Assembly: GCA_034226945.1 (NCBI GenBank)
Contig: CP120460.1
Span: forward strand, 310,001 to 374,000
Direction: 5' to 3'
Length of the DNA: 64,000 bases
Origin: Picochlorum sp. SENEW3
Taxonomy: Eukaryota
A model generated the notes under the pieces. The model was not told where the DNA came from. It made no database searches and worked only from the letters and a program-made list of their open reading frames with translations. Of this stretch, positions 24,623 through 34,995 are shown in pieces (within the stretch, counting starts at the first letter, position 1; every line of letters starts with the position of its first letter). The position numbers were made by a program, and so were the translations under genes.

Positions 24623-25515
24623 GATTTCTGGTAAGGTTTCAAAAAGGTGACAGATACCTACACTCTCATGCATATTCCATGAATTTTGCCTTCTTCGTCT
24701 GATTCATGCCGATTATTATTATAATTACTTGAAATGAAAAACGATAGATCGATACGAAACAAGAAAAGAAACAATGTTTGAATGGTTCCATATCAATGAC
24801 AAGCATTGCAGTAAGAAGGGAAGAAAAAATGATTTCCCAGGCCAGCGCTCGACATGATCATTCATTTGCAAGAACAATCAATCTGCAGAGAAGGGATTGC
24901 TGGGATCCGTGTGGATCCGGACTCTGGGATGCAGTACTGCACTAGTGCATTCAATTTTGAGCGCGCCTTGTTCAAACGAGATCAATTTTCATATCTGCCA
25001 GATATCTGTTGGGGCCATGTCCGCATGTATTTGCATGTGTGTGCATGCTCCAATTCAAATAAACATACTCTATATATTGCATTCATTAGTATTCCTTCAC
25101 CAAAGAAGGTATCGCGTAGATTTATAATACTGCTGCTGCTGCTGCTACTACTACCGCTCAAGTGACACCCACAACAGGCGAGTCAGTCCCTGAACGAACA
25201 ATCTCGTACGTGGCTCTTTCTGTATCTGACGCTGTATAAAAATGATATATGGATGCATAAAATCATATCAAAGCCACAACAAGGCGATGGGCCGCAAAGA
25301 TCCAACGGTTTGGCTGTGACCGAGTCAATCCCACGTGTTTTGGAGGGCTCGCCATATGGGCTTGAGGTCTCGCTTTGGATCTCTTCAACTGAATTATTGT
25401 TATTACAAAAATGCTATGCAGACTATTTCCAAACGCTCCCTGGAGTACGCATCACCTGGGTATTTTTGAATTTTGCCTTCAAATTTGTCAAACAAGAGTA
25501 ACCAACAACCAAACA

Positions 25516-26394
25516 ATGCTGGCTCCCTCTCTTCTACAAGCGGCCATCGATGGTCTTGATGAGGTTTCCAGTGTCCAAGTTCAGGGTATTGGATTCGTAT
25601 GTAGGCCTGATGGAATCAAACACCGGTTCAATCTCACGGGTGACACTGAGCACTTGCCTGTTCAGATATTTGACCTGACTTTCCCAGACGAATTTCCTCT
25701 CGAAAATGTCAATCAAGCGGCCTCGCAACTGATTCATGGGATGAATAATATGAAAAGTCTGAAAAAGGAATATTTTTTCTGTTCGGAGCGAGTGAACGGG
25801 ATCACAGAGGGACGAGACTATCCGCTTTATGTTGTTCAGCCAAATCGTCTCAGAGATGTGCTTGAAATTTTCTTTCGTCACAGTAAAGCGGTTAAAAATG
25901 CACTTCGCTGTATGGAATTGAAATGCATCAGTAAGTTTAAGAATGAAAAGGTAAGCATGATGAAGCGGACATGCATCCTTGCGCAGGTCATGTCTTTTAT
26001 CCAGGTTAGGGCAGCAGCGTATGATGAGCCACTTAGGGTCGTGTCTGAGTGGAGTGAGGACCTTCAGGAAGTATTGCTCTCTGTTTGGAAATCCGAGATG
26101 CCCTCAAAAGAATCATTAAAAATTCTGAGAAAAGCGCAGATGATTCTTCTAAAAGCGTCTGGGGTGATTCCCACGGTACATTACAAGGACCCAAGGTTAA
26201 ACACACCCACCATGCCGTCATCACCACCATTCCAGAGTGGCGACCAACAAGGGCCAGCGGAATTTGCTGAGGAGCAAAGTAGTTCAATAAGCGGACGTAC
26301 AACTGTATCGGGACGAGAGACAGATGATTCGCCCGAGATTGGATTGATCATGGAATCTACAGCTGATTATTATGCAGAGCGCCCTCAAAACTGA
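25516..26394 (+). CDS. Hypothetical protein, paralog 1 of the tandem pair
   Basis: Long ORF; ATG in acaATG context aligns with paralog 2; shares AVK.ALRC...K.ISK.K, LAQVM.F.Q.R, WSE.LQ.VL and RKAQ..LL.ASGV. Confidence 0.75.
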   Translation: MLAPSLLQAAIDGLDEVSSVQVQGIGFVCRPDGIKHRFNLTGDTEHLPVQIFDLTFPDEFPLENVNQAASQLIHGMNNMKSLKKEYFFCSERVNGITEGRDYPLYVVQPNRLRDVLEIFFRHSKAVKNALRCMELKCISKFKNEKVSMMKRTCILAQVMSFIQVRAAAYDEPLRVVSEWSEDLQEVLLSVWKSEMPSKESLKILRKAQMILLKASGVIPTVHYKDPRLNTPTMPSSPPFQSGDQQGPAEFAEEQSSSISGRTTVSGRETDDSPEIGLIMESTADYYAERPQN

Positions 26395-27033
26395 GGTTGG
26401 AGTGAATCCTCAGGAACATGTTTGTGAAAATCAATATACAATCTTTCTAGATTGTTTTCCGTACTGCACAAGTGTCCAGTGCAGTGGAATTCTATGTCGA
26501 ACCTTCTAGGACACATGCGTGTCCAGATCTGCATGTACATGCATGCATCGTTCATATCAATACACGCGACGTATTGTTTTTGATGCATACTTATTTTTTA
26601 CCCGCAAAAGAAAATATCTCGTAGGGTAATAACAATAATAACAATAGTACTACTACTATACTAGTGAGGCACCCACAACAGGCGAACGAGTCCCTGAACG
26701 CACAGTCTTGTACGTGGCTATTTTTACATTTCACGCGTGCTGTTTTATGGGGTGTTCATTTATTTTATATTAAAAATACTGATTGACTCGTTAGAAGGTG
26801 ATGGATCGCCAAGATCCAACGGTTTGCCTGTCGTTGTGTTTGTTGCTCATTGAATTCAGTTGTTTTACACGCCTCCCCATATGCCCTTTGTCTGGCTTGA
26901 ACTAACTTCAAATAAAAAATAATATCGCAAATATATGCAGAATATATCCAAACGCTCCCTGGAGTACGCATTATCTGGGTGTTTTTGAATTTTGCCTTGC
27001 TCAACAAGAGGAGAGAGATACCAACCAAGAACA

Positions 27034-27801
27034 ATGGGTCGTTCCAATTTGAATGGTGCTGGTATGAAGGGTCGTACCTTGAATCCTGACGACGTCAAAG
27101 TCGTTTGTGGGCATGAAGACACTAGAAAGCGATACAATCTCACGGAAGACACTGAAAAATGGCCATTTGGGATGATTGAGGTTACTTCTCCCATCCCAAT
27201 CTCAGTGGAAAGAGTATATAAAATAATCTTGAACATGGTCAATAGTTATCTGGGGGGTGAACCCTTTATATTGTGCTCGGAATATGGCAGATCATCTATA
27301 GAAGAAATAAAGCATGTCTTTTATGTGGTTCTGCCTGATCGTCTTAGAGCTTCGCTTGAACAATGCTTTCATGATGATGAAGCAGTTAAACTAGCACTTC
27401 GCTGCATACACTCGAAATCCATCAGTAAGATTAAGAGTGGAAGGCCAAACATGAGGCAGCAAGCATGTGTCCTTGCCCAGGTCATGGCTTTCGTCCAATG
27501 TAGGACACAGGCTTGTGGGAGGCCGCTCAAGAAGAAGTCTGATTGGAGTGAGGGACTACAGAGAGTATTAGGGTGTATCTGTGGATCTGAGATGATCCAG
27601 CAAGAAGCTCCAAAGGTGAGGAAAGCGCAGATTACTCTATTAGAAGCTTCTGGTGTGGTTTCCATGTCACAACAGGAGGAGCATTGTTTACATACATCAA
27701 GTGAAGGTCTTGCTTTATCTCCAAGAGGTACTGCTCAATTGCTTGAGGTCGGAACGATTATGGAATGTAGATCTGATTATGCAGAGCGCCCTCGAAACTG
27801 A
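27034..27801 (+). CDS. Hypothetical protein, paralog 2 of the tandem pair
   Basis: Same motifs as paralog 1; C-termini are DYYAERPQN and DYAERPRN. Confidence 0.75.
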   Translation: MGRSNLNGAGMKGRTLNPDDVKVVCGHEDTRKRYNLTEDTEKWPFGMIEVTSPIPISVERVYKIILNMVNSYLGGEPFILCSEYGRSSIEEIKHVFYVVLPDRLRASLEQCFHDDEAVKLALRCIHSKSISKIKSGRPNMRQQACVLAQVMAFVQCRTQACGRPLKKKSDWSEGLQRVLGCICGSEMIQQEAPKVRKAQITLLEASGVVSMSQQEEHCLHTSSEGLALSPRGTAQLLEVGTIMECRSDYAERPRN

Positions 27802-28135
27802 GGTTGGAGTGCTCAGGAGAACATGTTTGTGGCAATCAAATTATCGGATCTTTGTAGATTGTTTTCGAGTCGTAAACGATGTAATATGTATGAAAAAACG
27901 TCAAGTACGTAACAGTTACAGTAGCAAATAATCATATCATGCTGTCTGGCATCGTTACTCCATGGTGGCAACCGAAAAAGGCAAGTAGATCTGCCTAAAG
28001 AGCATGGTTACTCCATGGTTACCAGAGAAAGAAGCAGGCAAATTGCCTGATTTGGTTTGGTCACCAAACCTAGATCGTTTACTAGTTATACAGAGCTGAT
28101 CGGGGTTCTCTTCTGGTTTACATTACACGAAACCT

Positions 28136-30088
28136 TCATTCCATTTCCGCCTCTCCAGCCTGTAGCATGTACTTGACGACATGTGCATGACCATGTTCAT
28201 GTGCAAGCATGAGGGCTGTCTTTTGCGTACAATCCCTAGCATTGAGATCTATAGTATACGTTTCATGCAAATACTTGACAGAACCTAGCCTGCCAATTGA
28301 ACACGCAGTCATGAATGCTGTCTTGTTCTCCGAGTTTCTCGCATGTATGTCCACACTACACGTCTCGCAAAGGTACTTGATAATGTGGACATTGTCATCC
28401 AGGCACGCATTCATGAGCGCGGTGTTACCATGAAAATCTTTTGCATTTGCATCGCCACCGCATACTTCGTACACGTATTGGACAATCTCAAGATGACCGC
28501 TGATGCCTGCCCAGAGAAAGGCTGTCTGGCCATCAAAGTCCTTGGCCTCCACATGGATTTCCCCCGTCTCATACAAGAACTTGGCAACATCTACATGGCC
28601 TTCCCAGCATGCAAGCATTAATGCGGTTAGTCCCATATTATCCGTATCGTTCAAATCAAATTCATCTGTCTGGTACAAAAGTTTGGCGACGTGTACATGC
28701 CCCTTCCGACAGGCTTCCATAAATGCCGTTGTGCCATCAGCAGTCCTGTCATCCAAATCGACAGTACCTGAAAAATACATATACTCCACAATTTCTAGTT
28801 CACCATGTTCACATGCAAGCATAAATGCTGTCTTTTCCTCAGCGTCCATCGCATTTATAGTTACGACACGTTCCTCATGCAAGTACTTGACAATATCAAC
28901 ATGGCCAGGAGAACATGGACCTATACATGCAAGCATGAACCCTGTCTGCTCATCATAGTTTTTGGCATTTAAATTGCATTCTGGCACGCTTTCGCACAAG
29001 TACTTGACAACATCGAAATGGCCACCAGAGCAAGCGTACATGAATGCTGTCTTGTGTTCACAATCCTTGGCATTTGGATCAGCACCGCCCGTCTCACAGA
29101 GATACTTGACAATATCCAAGCGACCAAACTCGCATGCTAACATTAAAACTGTCTGATCCTGCCAATACGAAGCATTCGCAGAACAGGTGCCCGTCTCATA
29201 CAGATATTTGACAACATCTAGATGACCACGGCAGCAGGCATGGATGAAAGCGGTCACTTCATCGCACTCTTCAATATCCACGTCTACTTTGACCGTTTCA
29301 TACAAATATTTCACAACGTCTACATATCCAGATTCACAAGCAAGCATAAAGGCTGTCTTGTCATCGGAATTCAAGGCATTCACATCAACACTGTCTGTCT
29401 CATACAAGTACTTGACGAGTTCCAAATGTCCATTTTCTGCTGCACTGTGCCATCCGTCTATATCATAGTGAAAGTCATTTTCTTGAAGCCAGGCAACGAT
29501 CATTTTCACATCTTCGACCTGGAAACCTGCCTGGCATGCCCCATCCACAAGGCTGACGCTGTGAGTTCCTGAAATCCTCTCATACAGATCTGTACCATTC
29601 TCTTCGGAATTATCGCTCCCAAACAGCATTTTCATTTGCTTCGTTGCACTCAGACCAGCCCGAACAGCTTTGTACACCCCGTAAGGGATATACTCCAGGT
29701 ACTTGAACTGCTGCTTGAATGCATCTACTGTCAAGGGAGGGCTTTCTTCGAGCAGGGACATATCTGTATCTGTCTCCAAGCCCACACTTTTCAAATCACT
29801 GACCATACTATCGAGAGAAGGATCTTCTTCTACGAAAGAAATGCATCTTGAATGCCTGGTCAAGTGCTCTTTCAGGTCCTCCTGTTTCAAAAACCCAAGC
29901 GCATACAGACTCACGCACGCCTGTACCTCTTTCAAGCAGAAAGCATTACTCAAATGCTTCAAAATATGAGACTGAATGAGACCGGGACCAAAGACACTGG
30001 CGACAATCTCTCGATGCGTCTTTTCTTTTGTTGATGTTGTTTTTGATACCATGGCTTCTATTCCCACGGTATTCTCCACACAAACCAT
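28136..30088 (-). CDS. Ankyrin-repeat protein (about 12-13 repeats) with an unassigned N-terminal domain
   Basis: Repeated TAFMLACExGHxDxVKYLxE units; intronless 650-aa ORF. Confidence 0.92.
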   Translation of the reverse strand: MVCVENTVGIEAMVSKTTSTKEKTHREIVASVFGPGLIQSHILKHLSNAFCLKEVQACVSLYALGFLKQEDLKEHLTRHSRCISFVEEDPSLDSMVSDLKSVGLETDTDMSLLEESPPLTVDAFKQQFKYLEYIPYGVYKAVRAGLSATKQMKMLFGSDNSEENGTDLYERISGTHSVSLVDGACQAGFQVEDVKMIVAWLQENDFHYDIDGWHSAAENGHLELVKYLYETDSVDVNALNSDDKTAFMLACESGYVDVVKYLYETVKVDVDIEECDEVTAFIHACCRGHLDVVKYLYETGTCSANASYWQDQTVLMLACEFGRLDIVKYLCETGGADPNAKDCEHKTAFMYACSGGHFDVVKYLCESVPECNLNAKNYDEQTGFMLACIGPCSPGHVDIVKYLHEERVVTINAMDAEEKTAFMLACEHGELEIVEYMYFSGTVDLDDRTADGTTAFMEACRKGHVHVAKLLYQTDEFDLNDTDNMGLTALMLACWEGHVDVAKFLYETGEIHVEAKDFDGQTAFLWAGISGHLEIVQYVYEVCGGDANAKDFHGNTALMNACLDDNVHIIKYLCETCSVDIHARNSENKTAFMTACSIGRLGSVKYLHETYTIDLNARDCTQKTALMLAHEHGHAHVVKYMLQAGEAEME

Positions 30089-30384
30089 CTTATTTACATT
30101 AAAAATGAAATTTTATGCGAAGAGATCAATCATCTGAGGATGCAATCGACTGAATTTTTTAATCATGGGTTGCCGCGAGATTCAAAATTTCAAACATCTT
30201 CCTCAATTTCAAGCTGTGGATAAAATGGTACCGAATTTACATCATAATCACCTTGAATGTACAACGCAGCATCTTCTTCTTGTGTCTTATTACATCATCA
30301 TCATCATCATCGTACATACAAGAATCAACATCAATACTATCATCTTCGTCATCAGATTTAAAAAAGAAAAGCGAGGAAACTTCG

Positions 30385-30490
30385 TCATGCTATTGTCTGA
30401 CTGGTGAGGTTCAGCCCATTTGTGGCGGTATCTTGACTCATCATCTTTGACTTGAGGGAAGATGAGACTTTTATGGACGACGTAGTGTTG

Positions 30491-30522
<32 letters not shown>

Positions 30523-33015
30523 AGATGCCAATGTGGAATGAATCATGGCAAATTTTTGCTGCAGGCGTTCCACCTGATGAAGTTCACTTTCAAGATTTTT
30601 CAGTCTCTGTTCAAGGGCAACACGGACGGCAGCAACGTCAAACACTTCATCCAAATCTTCTTCATATGCGCATTCAAGTTCCTCTCTGATTCTGGTTGGG
30701 AAGGAGTCAATCAGTGGCATCAGGAAGAAGCAGTTGAATTTCAACTCGACGCTCTGAACAAAGTGATCACGAATTCCTTCAAATATTTGGCAAACAAGTG
30801 CGGCAACAATGTCTTCACTTGTTGTGCCAAGGCTTCTATTCCATAGAGAGCTCTCGAGAAGATCGACAAACTGCTTGGGATCCTCTCCATGCTGGCCCTT
30901 GTCACCCTTCTTGCCAGAGTCATCCTCAATTGCAATAAACTTCTCCAACATGCTCTTTAAGCTCGTTCTGCTCTTTGTATGTAACGACCAAGATACGTAT
31001 CGTGTCAACGAGGTCAAGTCTTCCATGCATTTCGAGCGAGTGCTTCTCTCAATCTCCTCAATGTATGCATGATATGCAGCGCCAATACGCTTGAGGAACA
31101 GATCATGGCCATTCAAAAATGAACCCTCTTTCTGCAGCAAATGCATCGCAATTGGGAGCATTCGTCGCAGTACGTGAGAGAGTCTATAGCCCAGCTGATG
31201 CAAAAATGGCTCAAACAGGTCCCTTGCCTTTGCCACTGCAATGACACATGCTGTTCTGGTGTAATTCACACCATCATGGAAATCATCAATACCACACGCA
31301 TTCACGATTTCTTCCCTAGAAATATCAGGACAGGTGATGGACCCCACTCCAGCGTGGAACTCTGCCATGGCTCTGTGGTATTGGGCTCCACCGAAAAGCC
31401 TCATGTGTGTGTTGGGCAAGTCCCTCTCATCCACAATGAGTGGGCTCCCATCAGCCCCAATAAAGGCACCCCCTCTGATGTGCTCATCGGCAAGAGTTTC
31501 ACCGAATCTATCAGGAGGAGCTGACACAGTACCACGCAACAAGAGACCCAATTTTCCAATGAATGACTCCCTAAATACACGTCCCTTGTCCTTGAGTTTT
31601 TCTGCCTCCAAATCATTCAATTCCGTCTGAGTCTGCTCCAATTTCTGACTTGCACTCCTGAACTCGCGTTCCAATACTGGAACAATAGTTGGGACATTTT
31701 CCAGATAGCGACGCTGCAACAAATGCTCCAAAAAGCGCCTCAACTGTCCGACACCAATCCTGGCCCGCTCAGCCTTTTCCAAACGTCGTCCCATTCTGGC
31801 CTCGAGTTCGGCGACATCAAGCGCCTCACGCTCTGCCACAGCCTCTCTGAAGTGTTCGTTGGATCTGAAGATGGCATCGCGATTGTTACCCACTCGCCCT
31901 GATGGAACAGATGAGAAGAATGGAGACCCGCCCAGCATGGTTGGTTCAAGCAATCGAGTTGGCGGCCTCAAAAACATTTCCACGTCATGTGGGCGAGCAA
32001 ATTGTGGAATTCGAGTATCCAGCTTGGTAGATACAACCACAGTCCTGTTCAGCGATGGATCCACGCTCATCACCAACCGGCGTGTCGTGGCATTGGACCA
32101 GTCATTTGAATCCTCCAAACAGAGGATGATGTATTCCTTCTGCTCCATCTTGGCACGAACCATGGCCTCCACTTGACGCGCACTATTCTGCAACCCAGAA
32201 TTACGCTTTCCAGGAGCAGCAGAAATCAACCCAGGCGTGTCGATAATTGTCAAATTGGGCGAGTATTTGTATTCAATGCGAACAACAATCTCCTTTGACC
32301 AAAACTGCCCTTCAAGATCCAGGCGAGAATTCTCACTCTCGATATAATCCTGCAACTCTTCTAAAGACACATCTTGTTCTCCAAACTCTTCCGTCAACAG
32401 GTAGCACTGAGGTTGAACACAGGAAGGATTGTACTTCATATGAAGCGTGATTGGGCGGCGTGTCTTTGTCCCCCCACCCACATGGTTGAACTGAAAGCCC
32501 ATCAAAGCCTCCACCAACGCTGCACACAAACATCACCATCATCAATAACATGCAGTATGCCAGCACCCCAACGCGTAAACCCGACATCGACAGCGATGAC
32601 GCAGCGCCAACAGAATCCCACACACTGGGCCGTTTCAAACACGCCACGTACCAGATTTTCCGTCAGTTTGATGTCCTACAACGAGTATGGCAGGCGCATC
32701 GAATGGTTTTTCAAAATCCTGTGCCAAGGCATGCAAATCGTTGTATGCCTCGTACAGACGCTCGTTACCGCTTCGAAGGGCTCGTTCCGATCGGCCCGGG
32801 GACGCCTCAATTGGTGGCATCCCATCCATCCTTGGTGCACTTCGCCTCAAACCACCAGGAGTCCTTCTTGATTTGTCATCACTCTCATGAGCAGAGTCAT
32901 GGGTGACTGATTGACGCATACCACCGCTCTGGTTCACGGATGAGTTGACATTGTTAGCAGCGTATCGGCCGGTGCCACCACTGCTGGCATGCATGGCCAG
33001 CCACTTTTCAGCCAT
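30385..33015 (-). CDS. ARC5: Dynamin-related plastid division protein ARC5/DRP5B; exons 33015-32652 and 32519-30385
   Basis: LYEAYNDLHALAQ..VVGHQTDGKS|ALVEALMGFQFNHVGGGTKTRRP restored by intron GTACGT..TGCAG; IIDTPG and TKLD motifs. Confidence 0.95.
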
Positions 33016-33362
33016 ATTTGTAATACTTTTATTCTTATAGGAAAAAAAGTAGATTGGAATACGCCCGGATGAGGGCTTATTTTCACATAGATCGTATCTC
33101 GCATGACCAGGGAGAATTTGAAAATATTTTCTATATATTTATATACGGAGCAGAACCTGCAGGTCAGCTGGCAATGCCGCAAATAACGCATCGCCAAGCA
33201 CAATGCAGTACTATTATTATCAATCAAGGTGCTCAAAAAGCAATAGCACTCTTCCTTCAGGCCGATAGATGAGGGATAGATCGACTGGCACGGTGCATCG
33301 AAACTGAATGCAGCATGCGCTGTAGACCATGACTGCCATAGACACCGCTAGAATACACAATC

Positions 33363-33872
33363 ATGGGTGGAAGTAAGAGGAATCATATTATAAAGAGTGC
33401 TTTGCAAGAGTATGCTGAGCCTCCCGGGGAGGATGAGCATATTTGTATGGCTTTGGGGAGTAGGGGGAGTAATAAAATAGATGTCGAGCTGCCGGATGGG
33501 CATACGGCGTTGGTCATCCTACCGGCACGGTTTCATAAGAAGATTTGGATTCGAAAAGGGAGTTTTGTGATTGTCAAGGCGGTCAGGGATGAGGAGGAGG
33601 AGGGGGAGCGTTTTTTCACTGGGGAGATTGTGAGGGTGCTTCTCAAGGATGATGTGAAATACTTGAAGGCGTTGAAAAAGGACGGTGAGGATGTCTGGCC
33701 ATCGCGTTTTAGTACTCCCGAAGATGTATCTACGATGTTTCAAGAGCTAGAGGTGGATTCAGAGAGGGATTCAGATTCGGCATCATCCGATGAGGATGAG
33801 CTGCCTCCTCATCTTCAACGAGTACAAAACAGAAGAATCATTCAATATCTGGATGATGATGATGATGATTGA
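33363..33872 (+). CDS. EIF1AD: eIF1A-domain RNA-binding protein
   Basis: RGSNKIDV, LPARFHKKIWIRKGSFVIV, acidic tail with NRR. Confidence 0.88.
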   Translation: MGGSKRNHIIKSALQEYAEPPGEDEHICMALGSRGSNKIDVELPDGHTALVILPARFHKKIWIRKGSFVIVKAVRDEEEEGERFFTGEIVRVLLKDDVKYLKALKKDGEDVWPSRFSTPEDVSTMFQELEVDSERDSDSASSDEDELPPHLQRVQNRRIIQYLDDDDDD

Positions 33873-33960
33873 TGATGATTGATCAAACATCAATGATGAT
33901 GACAGTATGCATCTTCTATAATACTATAGAGAGGCTACGTGTTTACAGATTGGATGAAAA

Positions 33961-34908
33961 TTAGAGAGATTCAGGAAAATCCGCATTCAGCAAAGACTCC
34001 TTGGTCGGAAGCATGTCAAACGAGTCTGCAGCAGTCCTGTACTGCTCTTGTAATGAATCCCATCTCGACTCACTGCACTGTGCGTTGAACGTATATAATA
34101 CATCATTCTTTGCCCCAACAATTGCAAGATTATGCCGCTTCCATCGCTTCTCCCCAGAAACCTTTTCAACAGTAAACTCAAACCAATACACCAAGTCCCC
34201 ATGCGCTGTCATTCTCGACCCACTCTCCAACAATTCAGCAACTTTATCACTACCTTTTGGGGCAATCGTTGTGCCTAGAAATTTCTCTGACGCTGCCGAT
34301 GGATCCCCGAGATCAGACACGCGAAACCCTTTGGTTATTGGAGCAACGATAACACTCATGTTGTCTTCACCAGTCCCTTTTGGAGGCCCAAAACCAGCAA
34401 CTGGGTCGTATTTTGTCATACCCTGCCGTCTTTTTGAAGAAGATGGGTTGATCGGAGGAAGATCGAGTGGCTTTTGTCGTTCAATGCGCTCTGCGTACCG
34501 CCGATACAGACGTTGGTCAGCCAACCAAAAATCAGGATAGATAAACTCATATCCATTTTGGTAATCCACGCAGCGCTTATAGCCTTTGATCGGAAACAAC
34601 ACATCTAATCTCAAGTTTCTAGCCGTCGATCCTCCATCCAGACCAAGCAACCCACTCGTCAAACCAAACAAGTTTCCCCCCAGGGCTATTGCAGCAGCAG
34701 AACTTGTCCCAACCAGCAATCGCCTTCTATCTGGAAGTCTACCACCATAATTTACTACATCAACTGCCCCATAATCTTGCTGAGGAAATGCATTGGATGA
34801 TTCCGGAGTATCGTCATTTCCAGTCGCTCGGGGTGTTTTCTGACGACAATCGGGCCTGTGAGCCACATTGACAGGGATACTGGAAAAAACTCGAACAGAC
34901 TGCAACAT
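33961..34908 (-). CDS. PsbP-domain protein (PPD7-like), thylakoid
   Basis: RRRLL twin-Arg-type signal, LDVLFPIKGYKRC, YEFIYP..WLADQ, NMSVIVAP, LYTFNAQ. Confidence 0.88.
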   Translation of the reverse strand: MLQSVRVFSSIPVNVAHRPDCRQKTPRATGNDDTPESSNAFPQQDYGAVDVVNYGGRLPDRRRLLVGTSSAAAIALGGNLFGLTSGLLGLDGGSTARNLRLDVLFPIKGYKRCVDYQNGYEFIYPDFWLADQRLYRRYAERIERQKPLDLPPINPSSSKRRQGMTKYDPVAGFGPPKGTGEDNMSVIVAPITKGFRVSDLGDPSAASEKFLGTTIAPKGSDKVAELLESGSRMTAHGDLVYWFEFTVEKVSGEKRWKRHNLAIVGAKNDVLYTFNAQCSESRWDSLQEQYRTAADSFDMLPTKESLLNADFPESL

Positions 34909-34995
34909 TATGTATTACTATTACTATTCTGAAGGAATTTTATTGATTCATGTACATGGATGAATTCTCTCATGAACACAGCTGATGAGGTATTC

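Larger units (their letters stand above)
24935..27870 (+). repeat. Diverged tandem duplication of about 1.4-1.5 kb (units ~24935-26460 and ~26460-27870)
   Basis: Shared blocks cacccacaacaggcga..agtccctgaacg, aagatccaacggtttg, tccaaacgctccctggagtacgcat and gcagagcgccctc.aaactgaggttggagtg occur in the same order in both units. Confidence 0.9.

Noticed and set aside
25422..25475. actatttccaaac plus an Sm-like ATTTTTG resembling U4 snRNA
   Set aside because: The U6-pairing 5' region of U4 is absent, and the second copy alters the match.
28060..28080. Telomerase RNA template candidate (caaacctag)
   Set aside because: Does not contain 1.5 copies of a TTTAGGG-type repeat complement, and no Pol III promoter or terminator context is evident.
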